Part shown: positions 28,169 to 37,328 of the stretch, one piece after another
Numbering within the stretch: position 1 is the stretch's first letter
Layout of the letters: each line of letters opens with the position of its first letter
NCBI RefSeq assembly: GCF_910579375.1
Contig: NZ_CAJTUJ010000001.1
Location: 1-57,671 of the forward strand
Source of the DNA: an uncultured Rikenella sp.
GTDB taxonomy: Bacteria; Bacteroidota; Bacteroidia; Bacteroidales; Rikenellaceae
Length of the DNA: 57,671 bases
Direction of reading: 5' to 3'
Position numbers and translations under genes: made by a program
Notes under the pieces: generated by a model
Database searches by the model: none
Told to the model about the DNA's origin: nothing
Seen by the model: the letters and a program-made list of their open reading frames with translations, nothing else

Positions 28169-29026
28169 TTATTCCGCAGCGTTTTCGAGAACTGCTTCCG
28201 CTTCGGTCTCAGCGACTGCTACCGGAGTAGCCGCATCAGCAGTATCTGCCGTTTTCTTCGTTCGCGGGCGCGGTTCTTTCTTGGCTGCCGCCGTAGCGCC
28301 GGCGGTTGCCGTTTCCGAAGCCTCTTTTTCTTTCTCTACCTTGCGTTCGGCCAGCCCTTCCTGAATCGCCGAGGTGACGGTATCCAGAATCACTTCGATC
28401 GATTTCGAAGCGTCGTCGTTCGCCGGAATCACGTAGTCGATATGCGTCGGGTCACAACAAGTATCAACCATGGCGAACACCGGGATATTGAGCCGTTTGG
28501 CCTCTTTCACGGCGTTGGCTTCTTTCTGTACGTCGATGACGAACAGAGCGGCCGGCAGTCTGGTGAGGTCTGCGATCGAACCGAGGTTCTTTTCGAGTTT
28601 GGCGCGCTGACGGGCGATCTGCAACTTTTCGCGTTTGCTGAAGTTGTCGTAGGTGCCGTCGTTGTTGAGTTTGTCGATGGTAGCCATCTTTTTGACGGCT
28701 TTCCGGATGGTGGGGAAGTTGGTGAGCATCCCGCCCGGCCACCGTTCGGTCACGTACGGCATAGCCACGCCGGCAACTTTTTCAGCAACAATCTCTTTGG
28801 CCTGTTTCTTGGTAGCCACGAAGAGGACTTTGCGGCCCGATTTGGCGATCTGTTTGAGCGCCGAAGCGGCTTCGTCGAGCTTCACGGCCGTTTTGTGGAG
28901 GTCGATGATGTGGATCCCGTTCTTTTCCATGAAGATATAGGGAGCCATTTTCGGGTTCCACTTCCGTTTGAGGTGTCCAAAGTGAACGCCGGCCTCTAAG
29001 AGTTGATTGAAATCTGTTCTTGGCAT
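28169..29026 (-). CDS. rpsB: 30S ribosomal protein S2
   Basis: LLEAGVHFGH, RWPGGMLTN, PANDD. Confidence 0.98.
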   Translation of the reverse strand: MPRTDFNQLLEAGVHFGHLKRKWNPKMAPYIFMEKNGIHIIDLHKTAVKLDEAASALKQIAKSGRKVLFVATKKQAKEIVAEKVAGVAMPYVTERWPGGMLTNFPTIRKAVKKMATIDKLNNDGTYDNFSKREKLQIARQRAKLEKNLGSIADLTRLPAALFVIDVQKEANAVKEAKRLNIPVFAMVDTCCDPTHIDYVIPANDDASKSIEVILDTVTSAIQEGLAERKVEKEKEASETATAGATAAAKKEPRPRTKKTADTADAATPVAVAETEAEAVLENAAE

Positions 29027-29234
29027 TTTTGCGATTTTTTAAAAATCTGTTTTTACTCTTTCGTCACCGTTCCGGTAGCGCTCTCGGGGCCATGGCTGGC
29101 CTGAGGTGAAAAGCAGTCCGGAGCGGTTTTCCGCGCCTTATGCAACGAAGCGGTAGTACTGTATGGGTAGTCTGCGTTCGTTTAGGCCGACAGTGGGGCC
29201 GGTAACATAAGGCGTGCAAAATGGTATGTGGAAA
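29027..29234 (-). promoter_or_regulatory. Structured rpsB leader (candidate S2 autoregulatory RNA)
   Basis: 208-bp intra-operon gap with long-range pairing cgccttatg (29134-29142)/cataaggcg (29206-29214). Confidence 0.45.
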
Positions 29235-29630
29235 CTACCGTTTGCTGAACTGGAACCGTTTGCGTGCACCCGGCCGCCCCGGTTTCTTCCGTTCCACCAC
29301 GCGCGAGTCGCGGGTCAGGAAGCCGTTCTTTTTCAGTTCCGGACGGAGTTCGGCGTCCATTTCGATCAGACAGCGCGAGATGCCCAGTCTGGCAGCTTCG
29401 GCCTGTCCTTTGATCCCGCCGCCGGCGAGGTTGATCTTCACGTCGACGCCTTCAGCGAGGTTGGTCACCTGCAACGGCTGTTTCACGACGAATTGGAAGA
29501 TCTCCATCGGGAAGTAGGTTTCGAGCGGCCGATCGTTGATCGTGATCTTGCCGCTCCCGCCTGCGGTGAGGTATACGCGTGCAACGGCGGATTTTCTACG
29601 ACCGACTGCGTTTACAACTTCTTGGCTCAT
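29235..29630 (-). CDS. rpsI: 30S ribosomal protein S9
   Basis: GRRKSAVARV, ERKKPG...ARKRFQFSKR. Confidence 0.98.
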   Translation of the reverse strand: MSQEVVNAVGRRKSAVARVYLTAGGSGKITINDRPLETYFPMEIFQFVVKQPLQVTNLAEGVDVKINLAGGGIKGQAEAARLGISRCLIEMDAELRPELKKNGFLTRDSRVVERKKPGRPGARKRFQFSKR

Positions 29631-30085
29631 TATTTAATGTCGTTTAATTGGATGGTTTTAGGGGTTTGCGCAGCATGGGGGTGTTCCGCACCGGCATAGA
29701 CCTTCAGGTTTCCGAAGATAGCCGCGCCCAGGCGATTCTTGGGCAGCATCCCTTTGACTGCTTTTTCGATGATGAAGGTCGGTTTTTTCACCAGGTATTC
29801 CGCCGGCGTGGTAAACCGTTGCCCGCCCGGGTATCCGGTGTGGCGGGTATAGACCTTGTCCGTCATCTTTTTCCCCGTGAGTCTCACTTTGTCGGCGTTG
29901 ATAACGATGACGTTATCGCCGCAGTCGACGTGAGGAGTGTAGCTGGGCTTGTTCTTGCCGCGCAGGATTTTCGCCACCTGCGACGCGAGCCGCCCGAGCA
30001 CTGCATCTGTCGCGTCGATCAGGTACCACTCTTTGGTAGCGGTCTCGGCATTGACAGAGATAGTTTTGTAGCTTAATGACTCCAC
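29630..30085 (-). CDS. rplM: 50S ribosomal protein L13
   Basis: LGRLAS, KPSYTPHVDCGD, GMLPKN. GTG start. Confidence 0.98.
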   Translation of the reverse strand: MESLSYKTISVNAETATKEWYLIDATDAVLGRLASQVAKILRGKNKPSYTPHVDCGDNVIVINADKVRLTGKKMTDKVYTRHTGYPGGQRFTTPAEYLVKKPTFIIEKAVKGMLPKNRLGAAIFGNLKVYAGAEHPHAAQTPKTIQLNDIK

Positions 30086-30158
30086 TGTTCTACGTGTTTG
30101 TTGTTAATACTGTGTTTGTTGTGACCCATTCCCATACTTTATGGGGCGTGCAAAGGTA
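30086..30158 (-). promoter_or_regulatory. rplM promoter (-7 box 30151-30158) and hairpin leader (candidate L13 r-leader)
   Basis: Minus strand tacctttg; cccata/tatggg hairpin at 30131-30145. Confidence 0.5.
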
Positions 30159-30273
30159 ATTATTTTTCATGACTTTACAAATCTATCGACAAGCGGGGCG
30201 TTCTTTTTTCTGTGCGGGGCGGGTGGGTTTTCGAAAATTTTGGCTATATTGCACCCTATTACAAATGAGGATT

Positions 30274-31011
30274 ATGGCGCGTTATTTCATCGAATTGTCT
30301 TATAACGGAGCGGCTTACAACGGTTGGCAGCGGCAACCGAATGCGCCGTCGGTGCAGGAGACGTTGGAGGAGGGGTTGTCGCGGCTGCTGGGGGCGCCGC
30401 ACGAGGTGGTCGGTGCGGGGCGGACCGATGCGGGGGTGCATGCGGCGTTCGCGGTGGCTCATCTCGATACGGAGGCGGAGCCGGAACTGGTGCTGGGGGC
30501 GGAGTTTTTGTATCATTTGAATTGCGTTTTGCCGAAAGATATCGGGGTGCGGAAAATTTATGCCGTGGCGGACGATAAACACGCCCGGTTCGATGCCAGA
30601 CGGAGGGAGTATAAATATTATATTACGACGGTGAAGGATCCGTTTGCGGTGGGGACGTGCTGGCAGATTACGCAGCCACTGAATCTGGATGCGATGCAGA
30701 CGGCGGCGGTGGCGATGTTGCGGTACGAGGATTTCGCTTCGTTCGCCAAGCTGCATTCGGACAACAAAACGACGCGGTGTACGGTTTTCGGTGCGAATTG
30801 GCAGGCGGAGGGGGATCGGCTGATTTTCACCATCGCGGCGGATCGTTTTCTGCGGGGAATGGTGCGGGCTGTGGTGGGGACGCTGGTGGATGTCGGGCGG
30901 GGCAAGTTGACGCCGGCGCAGTTTTGCGCCGTCATCGAGAGCCGGGCGCGGGCCGAGGCGAGCGCGCAGGCGCCGGCTTGCGGACTGTTTCTGACCGATG
31001 TGCAGTATTAA
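30274..31011 (+). CDS. truA: tRNA pseudouridine(38-40) synthase
   Basis: YNG..Y.GWQ.Q, GRTDAGVHA, FLRGMVR. ATG at 30274. Confidence 0.96.
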   Translation: MARYFIELSYNGAAYNGWQRQPNAPSVQETLEEGLSRLLGAPHEVVGAGRTDAGVHAAFAVAHLDTEAEPELVLGAEFLYHLNCVLPKDIGVRKIYAVADDKHARFDARRREYKYYITTVKDPFAVGTCWQITQPLNLDAMQTAAVAMLRYEDFASFAKLHSDNKTTRCTVFGANWQAEGDRLIFTIAADRFLRGMVRAVVGTLVDVGRGKLTPAQFCAVIESRARAEASAQAPACGLFLTDVQY

Positions 31012-31045
31012 TCTTAAGGTGGAGAACTAAAAAATACGATAGATC

Positions 31046-32488
31046 ATGAAAGAGATGACCGAATTGGAGCCGAAAGCTCTGTGGAAACAATTTGCGAAGG
31101 TTTGTTCGATTCCGCACCCGTCGAAGCACGAGGAAAAGATACGGCAGTATGTGATCGATTTTGCCCAAACGCACGGACTGGAATATCAGCAGGATACAAT
31201 AGGTAATATCGTGGTGCGCAAAGCGGCTGCCAAAGGATACGAGGGGCATCCGACGGTGATTCTTCAGGCGCATATGGACATGGTGCCGCAGAAGAACAGC
31301 GACCTGGAGTTCGATTTCGAGAAAGATGCCATCCGGCCTTATGTGGACGGCGATTGGGTGACGGCCGAAGGGACGACGCTCGGGGCGGACGACGGGATGG
31401 GGGTCAGCGCGATGCTGGCGATTCTGGAGGCGGACGATCTTCCTCACCCGGCTCTGGAGTGCCTCTTCACGGTAGACGAGGAGACGGGGCTGACGGGAGC
31501 CAATCAGCTGGCTACGGATATGTTGCGGGGCGATATCCTTATCAACCTCGATTCGGAAGACGAGGGGGAACTGTATGTGGGGTGTGCCGGGGCGGTCAAC
31601 GTGACGGCCCGTTTCGAATACGAGGAGGAGGCGGTGCCGGGGGGATATGCGGGGTATGAGATTGAGCTTGCGGGGCTCAAGGGGGGACATTCCGGGCTGG
31701 AGATCATTTTGCAGCGGGGGAATGCCAATAAATTGCTGGCCAGGTTTCTGCGTGAGCAGTCGTATGCCCGGATCGCGACGATCGATGCGGGCGGGTTGCG
31801 GAATGCGATTCCGCGCGAGGCGAAGGCGGTGGTGGCGGTGCCGGTGGATCGGGTTGCGGAGTTCGAAAAGGCGGCAGGGGAGTTCGAACTGACGATGCGG
31901 CACGAGTTGGCGCATGTGGAGGATAGCATCCGGTTCGGTGTGGCGCGGCAGGCGCAGGCACCGGCGACGGTGGCGACAGAAGATTTTCGGAAACGGTTTA
32001 TCGATGCGCTGACCGCTATGCCGGACGGGATTATCCGGATGAGCGATACGGTGCCGGGGCTGGTCGAGACTTCGACCAACATGTCGCGTGTCGGAATGGG
32101 GGATGGAAAGGCGGAGTTGTTGTTCATGGTGCGGTGTATGGTCAATTATGGCAAGAAACGGGTGGTGGCGATGATCGACGCTGTGGTGACGCTGGCCGGT
32201 GGCCGGATCGAGGCGCAGGGAGACTATGACGGCTGGGCGCCGAATCCCGATTCGAAGATTCTGCATGTCATGAAGGCGGGGTACGAGAAGTTGTTCGGCA
32301 AAGTGCCGGAAGTGAAGGCGATCCATGCCGGGTTGGAGTGCGGCATTATCGGTGCGAAGTATCCGAAGCTTGATATGATTTCGATCGGGCCGACGATGCG
32401 TTTCCCGCACTCTCCGGACGAAAAGGTCGAAATCGCTTCGGTGGCGAAGTTCTATGCCTTCCTGTTGGATACGCTCAAAAATCTTTAG
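31046..32488 (+). CDS. pepD: Aminoacyl-histidine dipeptidase (M20C)
   Basis: QAHMDMV, LGADDG, DEETG, NLDSE, HAGLEC, HSPDE. Confidence 0.95.
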   Translation: MKEMTELEPKALWKQFAKVCSIPHPSKHEEKIRQYVIDFAQTHGLEYQQDTIGNIVVRKAAAKGYEGHPTVILQAHMDMVPQKNSDLEFDFEKDAIRPYVDGDWVTAEGTTLGADDGMGVSAMLAILEADDLPHPALECLFTVDEETGLTGANQLATDMLRGDILINLDSEDEGELYVGCAGAVNVTARFEYEEEAVPGGYAGYEIELAGLKGGHSGLEIILQRGNANKLLARFLREQSYARIATIDAGGLRNAIPREAKAVVAVPVDRVAEFEKAAGEFELTMRHELAHVEDSIRFGVARQAQAPATVATEDFRKRFIDALTAMPDGIIRMSDTVPGLVETSTNMSRVGMGDGKAELLFMVRCMVNYGKKRVVAMIDAVVTLAGGRIEAQGDYDGWAPNPDSKILHVMKAGYEKLFGKVPEVKAIHAGLECGIIGAKYPKLDMISIGPTMRFPHSPDEKVEIASVAKFYAFLLDTLKNL

Positions 32489-32539
32489 GAACCGGGGCTT
32501 GCGGGGCACCGCTTTTCGTGATTGGAAAAAACGCGCGCG

Positions 32540-33376
32540 ATGAATAGGATAGAAGAAAATCCGATGAAGCTGATATTCAATTATAACGATATCTTCTTCA
32601 GCTTCTATTACGACGATGTGGGCGGGTGTGTGCACCGTTCGCGCGAGTATGCGATGAATTACGTCTACTCGGGCGAAATGGTGCTGGACAACGGTCGGGA
32701 GCAGATTCGGGTTCGGAAAGGGGAGTGCGTCTTTATTCCGCGCGACCACCACATCACGATGTACAAAAGGACGTGCGACGGGGAGCGGTATTGCGGCATC
32801 TTTCTGATGTTTACGCGTCAGTTTCTGCGCGAGATGTACGGACGGTTCGGGCAGCGGGCGGTGCCGGCTTCGACGCCGAAGCTCGACCCGGGAGTCATCA
32901 AACTGCCCCGGACGGTGGAGCTGGCCAGCTTGTTCGCTTCGATGACCCCGTATTTCGATCCCGATGTCCGTCCGCAGGGCGACTTCATGAAGCTCAAAAT
33001 GCAGGAGGGGCTGCTCGCGCTGTTGCATATCGACGAGCGGTTCGCGCCGATGCTTTTCGACTTCAACGAACCGTGGAAGATCGATATCCTGGAGTTCATG
33101 AACGAAAACTACATGTACGAGTTCACGATGGAGGAGATGGCGCACTACACGGGGCGGAGTCTGGCCACCTTTAAACGCGACTTCAAGAAGGTCAGCGACC
33201 TCACGCCGGAGAAGTGGCTGATTCGTAAGCGGCTGGAGGTGGCTTACGCGAAGATGAAAGAGGGGGGTAAAAAGGTGGTGGAGGTCTATGCGGAGGTCGG
33301 GTTCAAGAATCCGTCGCATTTCTCCACCGCTTTTAAGAAGCGGTACGGCATCTCGCCGACGGAGGTTTCGGTCTGA
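32540..33376 (+). CDS. AraC-family transcriptional regulator
   Basis: GRSLATFKRDF, VGFKNPSHFSTAFKK.YG. Start is 32540 or 32564. Confidence 0.92.
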   Translation: MNRIEENPMKLIFNYNDIFFSFYYDDVGGCVHRSREYAMNYVYSGEMVLDNGREQIRVRKGECVFIPRDHHITMYKRTCDGERYCGIFLMFTRQFLREMYGRFGQRAVPASTPKLDPGVIKLPRTVELASLFASMTPYFDPDVRPQGDFMKLKMQEGLLALLHIDERFAPMLFDFNEPWKIDILEFMNENYMYEFTMEEMAHYTGRSLATFKRDFKKVSDLTPEKWLIRKRLEVAYAKMKEGGKKVVEVYAEVGFKNPSHFSTAFKKRYGISPTEVSV

Positions 33377-33382
33377 GGCGTT

Positions 33383-33451
33383 TTTGAGCTTTTCAGCAAT
33401 GTAATTTGAGCCTTTCGGGAATCTTTCCGGAAGGCTTTCGTTTTAATTTTG
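33383..33451 (+). promoter_or_regulatory. Candidate AraC direct-repeat operator and -7 box
   Basis: tttgagcttttcagcaat (33383) and tttgagcctttcgggaat (33405), 22-bp period; taattttg at 33444-33451. Confidence 0.6.
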
Positions 33452-33483
33452 CCCCTGTCGAATCAACCGAAATCTGAAAAATT

Positions 33484-34539
33484 ATGGTAAAAATGCTGAC
33501 AGTCGCAGCCGCTCTTTTTCTGTGGGTCGGCTGCACGAATCGGACAACGAATCAAAAAACGGACGATAGTATGGAAACATGGAAACTGACTCGGGAGTGG
33601 GACAAGACGTTCCCGCAGAGCAATCGGGTGAACCACAGTAAGGTGACTTTCAAAAACCGGTATGGCATCACCCTTGCCGCCGATCTGTATGTGCCGGAAG
33701 ATGCGGCGGGAAAATGGCCGGCCATTGCCGTGAGCGGGCCGTTCGGTGCCGTGAAGGAGCAGGCCTCGGGCCTCTATGCCCAGACGATGGCCGAGCGCGG
33801 GTTTCTGACCCTTGCGTTCGATCCGTCGTTCACGGGCGAAAGCGGCGGAGAGCCGCGGTACGTCGCCTCGCCGGACATCAATACCGAAGATTTCAGCGCG
33901 GCGATCGACTATCTGATCATGCGCGATGATGTGGATTCGGAGCGGATCGGGATAATCGGCATCTGTGGTTGGGGCGGTTTTGCCCTCAATGCGGCGGCGA
34001 TCGATACCCGCATCAAAGCGAGCGTGGCTTCGACGATGTACGATATCAGCCGGTGCACGGCCAACGGCTATTTCGATGCGATGGATGCCGACGCCCGGTA
34101 CGAACTCCGCCGGCAGTTGAATGCGCAGCGCACGGAGGATGCACGAAACGGTTCGTATGCTCTGGCGGGCGGGGTGGTCGATCCGTTGCCGGAGGATGCG
34201 CCGCAGTTCGTGAAGGATTATTACGATTACTATAAGACGCTGCGCGGCTACCACGCACGTTCGCTCAATTCGAACGGCGGTTGGAACAAGACCTCTTCGC
34301 TGGCCTTCATCAATGCGCCGATACTGGCTTACAGCGACGAAATCCGTAGCGCCGTGTTACTCGTTCACGGCGAGAAGGCCCATTCGCGTTATTTCAGCGA
34401 GGATGCTTTCAAAAAATTGAAAGGGGACAACAAGGAGTTGATGATTATTCCGGAGGCTAACCACACCGATCTGTACGACCGCGTGGGGGTGATCCCGTTC
34501 AATAAGATGGAAAGTTTTTTCCGGAAGGCGTTCGAATAA
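33484..34539 (+). CDS. Alpha/beta hydrolase (YcjY-like, Cys nucleophile), probable lipoprotein
   Basis: GPFGAVKEQ, GESGGEPR, GICGWGG, H.DLYD; signal peptide ending WVGC. Confidence 0.88.
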   Translation: MVKMLTVAAALFLWVGCTNRTTNQKTDDSMETWKLTREWDKTFPQSNRVNHSKVTFKNRYGITLAADLYVPEDAAGKWPAIAVSGPFGAVKEQASGLYAQTMAERGFLTLAFDPSFTGESGGEPRYVASPDINTEDFSAAIDYLIMRDDVDSERIGIIGICGWGGFALNAAAIDTRIKASVASTMYDISRCTANGYFDAMDADARYELRRQLNAQRTEDARNGSYALAGGVVDPLPEDAPQFVKDYYDYYKTLRGYHARSLNSNGGWNKTSSLAFINAPILAYSDEIRSAVLLVHGEKAHSRYFSEDAFKKLKGDNKELMIIPEANHTDLYDRVGVIPFNKMESFFRKAFE

Positions 34540-34555
34540 TCCGGCTTTTTCCATT

Positions 34556-34599
34556 TACCCAAGGGTCTGTCTTTTAACGCAGAGACAGACCCTTAGGTA
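34556..34599. terminator. Hairpin between convergent genes
   Basis: aagggtctgtct/agacagaccctt 12-bp stem with tacc/ggta extension. Confidence 0.7.
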
Positions 34600-34601
34600 T
34601 T

Positions 34602-35678
34602 TTAAGCGGCGAGAAAAATCCGCATCCGATAGAGCGGCCACGTAACGAGCCAGCACAACAGCACCATCGTCAGCGACCACATCAACGAGGCCACCGAATC
34701 CGGCAGGTGGTAGCTGCGATAGAATCCGTACACCGCCTGTGTCACTCCCCATAGAGCGAACAGTTTGGCGGTTGCCGTCGAGAAACAGTAGATGAAGAGC
34801 GAGTTGGTGCCCGCAATGGTGAAAAACTCGCACCACCCCTTTGCCTGCATATATTCAATGATGAACGAGAGCGCGCTCCAGATCATCATTGCCAGTCCCG
34901 ACGTGAACAAGACGTAACTGATCGTCCACAACCCTGAGTCCATCGGATCGAACAGGCCGAACAGCCATCCCGCCCCGAAAGAGACCACTCCTGCGGTCAT
35001 CAGGATGCTGATTCCGCCGCTCATCGTGTTCGGCCGGTCCATCGTTCTGCCCGCCAGATAGCCGATCAGCACCGTTGCCGTCATCGGAATGGCCGTCAGG
35101 AGTCCGTCTGCGTTTTCCCGGTCGAACACCGACCTTATCAGGTGGTTCGAGCCGAAGAGCGTTTCGTCGACCCTCGCCACCATCTCCGTCCCCGCCGAGT
35201 CGAGCAGAAACCAGTAACCTGCCAGCAGGATGATAATCGTCCCGAACAACGCCCGCCTCCGCGGCAGGTAAAGGGCGATCAGCGAAGCCAGAAGGTAGGT
35301 AACGGCGATTTGTTGCAAAACGCCCGGAAACCGAACGAAAACGAAATAGTCCTGAAACGGCAGCCAGTTGAGCCCGATGCCCAAAGCGAACAGGACGATC
35401 GTCCGGTAGAGGATATGTCCGACTCGCCTCGATTTCGGATGCCGTTCGCCGAATCCGTAGCTCTCCCGATGCGTGGCGAACCACATCGCGCCGCCCATAA
35501 TAAAGAGGAAAAATGGAAAGATCAACCCCGCCACGCCGATCCCCCTCTCCGCAACCTCCCCCGTCGTTGTCGACGCAGAGAGCAGGGCATAGGTCTCCTC
35601 TCCCGTCTGATTGCTCAGAACGATCATCAGCAGGATGACCATGCCACGAAAGACGTCGAGTGAGAGAAACCTTTTCAT
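34602..35678 (-). CDS. HGSNAT/NagX-like membrane acyltransferase
   Basis: R.LSLDVFRG, LIFPFFLFIMG, GVLQQIA, LWT.SYVLFT.G, many TM helices. Confidence 0.8.
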   Translation of the reverse strand: MKRFLSLDVFRGMVILLMIVLSNQTGEETYALLSASTTTGEVAERGIGVAGLIFPFFLFIMGGAMWFATHRESYGFGERHPKSRRVGHILYRTIVLFALGIGLNWLPFQDYFVFVRFPGVLQQIAVTYLLASLIALYLPRRRALFGTIIILLAGYWFLLDSAGTEMVARVDETLFGSNHLIRSVFDRENADGLLTAIPMTATVLIGYLAGRTMDRPNTMSGGISILMTAGVVSFGAGWLFGLFDPMDSGLWTISYVLFTSGLAMMIWSALSFIIEYMQAKGWCEFFTIAGTNSLFIYCFSTATAKLFALWGVTQAVYGFYRSYHLPDSVASLMWSLTMVLLCWLVTWPLYRMRIFLAA

Positions 35679-35723
35679 GCGCCCGGGAAATGTCGGGAAT
35701 TTATAATCTCGTAATGACTACCG

Positions 35724-36206
35724 TTATCGATTGCTCTGCTTCGTGGTAAAAGAGAGAGGTCGCTGCGGGATTATGATCCAGCCGATCACATAAAGCAGGA
35801 ACCCACCGCCGCTAAAGAGCAAGATCAAGGCGATCAGCCGGACAATAATAGGGTCAATCCCGAAATATTCGGACAAACCGCCGCAGACGCCTGCGATCAT
35901 TCGGTTCTTGCGACTGCGGTACAGTCGCTTCGGTTCGCTCGGTGCAGATGCCGTGTCCGGTTTTAACGCTCCGAACCGGTCGGGCGAACCTAAACGGTCC
36001 ATCGCCACCCGTACCGTGTCCGTATCGACGACACTCGGATTCAGTTCGGCCAGTATGTCCGCCAGCCGACGTTCGATATCGGTTATCTCTTCCGGTCGTT
36101 CCAGTCGCATCTCGATCTGGTGCAGGTAATCGGACAAAGTATTGTACGCCGTTTCGTCGATCGTAAAAGAACGACCGTCTAAGCTGATTGTCAGGATCTT
36201 TTCCAT
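35724..36206 (-). CDS. PspC-domain protein
   Basis: RLYRS..NRMIAGVCGGL.EYFGIDP..VR. Confidence 0.9.
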   Translation of the reverse strand: MEKILTISLDGRSFTIDETAYNTLSDYLHQIEMRLERPEEITDIERRLADILAELNPSVVDTDTVRVAMDRLGSPDRFGALKPDTASAPSEPKRLYRSRKNRMIAGVCGGLSEYFGIDPIIVRLIALILLFSGGGFLLYVIGWIIIPQRPLSFTTKQSNR

Positions 36207-36247
36207 GGTTTGCGAATGAGATTGTTTAGATTCAGGGTAAAGGTAAT

Positions 36248-36292
36248 AAAAAATCGGTCGGTTTTTCTATATAAATTAGAAAAACCGACCGA
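36248..36292 (-). terminator. Terminator after fabD
   Basis: Perfect 16-bp stem tcggtcggtttttcta/tagaaaaaccgaccga, then a T run on the minus strand. Confidence 0.85.
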
Positions 36293-36313
36293 CGGAGTAG
36301 ATAAATATCCTGC

Positions 36314-37195
36314 CTAGAGGCTGTTCTTCGATTCGCAAATCGCCTCTTTATCGACCTTGCGAATCAAACCGGCCAATACGTTCCCCGGCCCGAGCTCGGT
36401 GAACGACGACGCGCCGTCGGCGAGCATGTTTTTTACCGTCTGCGTCCAGCGCACCGGCGCCGTCAGCTGGGCGATCAGGTTGGCTTTGATCTGCTCCGGA
36501 TCGGTGTACGGTTTCGCGTCCACATTCTGGTAGACCGGACACACCGGCGTCGTGAATTTCGCCTCTTTGATAGCCGCTTCCAGCTCCACCCGTGCCGGTT
36601 CCATCAGCGGCGAGTGGAACGCTCCGCCGACGCTCAGTTTCAGCGCGCGTTTCGCCCCCTTGGCCGTCAACTGTTCGCACGCTTTGTCGATCCCCTCGAT
36701 CGATCCCGAGATGACTAACTGGCCCGGGCAGTTGTAGTTCGCCGCCACGACCACCTCCGGAATCGAAGCGCAGACCTCTTCGACCACCTCGTCCGGCAGT
36801 CCGATGATCGCAGCCATGGTTGAAGGCTGCAATTCGCAGGCCTTCTGCATCGCCTGTGCCCGTTTCGAAACCAGCTTCAGCCCCTCTTCGAAGCTCAGCG
36901 CTCCGGCCGCCACCAGTGCGCTGAATTCGCCCAGCGAGTGTCCTGCGGTCATCTCCGGCTTGAAATCCGGCAGCGATTTGGCCAGAATCACCGAGTGGAG
37001 GAAAACGGCCGGTTGGGTCACCTTGGTCTGCTTCAGCTCGTCCGCCGTCCCGTTGAACATGATGTCCGTAATGCGGAATCCGAGTATTTCGTTGGCCTTT
37101 TCGAACAGTTCTTTGGCGGCCGGCACCGTGTCGTAGAGCTCTTTGCCCATGCCGGTGAACTGTGCTCCCTGGCCGGGGAAAACGTATGCTTTCAT
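36314..37195 (-). CDS. fabD: Malonyl-CoA:ACP transacylase
   Basis: FPGQG.Q, GHSLGE, GAFHS. -7 box at 37219-37226. Confidence 0.97.
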   Translation of the reverse strand: MKAYVFPGQGAQFTGMGKELYDTVPAAKELFEKANEILGFRITDIMFNGTADELKQTKVTQPAVFLHSVILAKSLPDFKPEMTAGHSLGEFSALVAAGALSFEEGLKLVSKRAQAMQKACELQPSTMAAIIGLPDEVVEEVCASIPEVVVAANYNCPGQLVISGSIEGIDKACEQLTAKGAKRALKLSVGGAFHSPLMEPARVELEAAIKEAKFTTPVCPVYQNVDAKPYTDPEQIKANLIAQLTAPVRWTQTVKNMLADGASSFTELGPGNVLAGLIRKVDKEAICESKNSL

Positions 37196-37328
37196 GCTTT
37201 TGCGGTTTAATGTGGTTACAAATATAGCGGTTTTTTGGCAATGTCGTTTTCGGTGCCGTTCGTGGCCCGGATATTGAAAGGGAATCCCGAAAAAAAGCTA
37301 TCTTTGCCAATTAGAAAAACGTCAGCCC

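Noticed and set aside
30932..33319. 795-aa minus-strand ORF (also 40495-42051, 37311-38465, 14915-16096, 20109-21284, 28097-28999)
   Set aside because: Antisense shadows of well-supported GC-rich genes, with no recognisable motifs.
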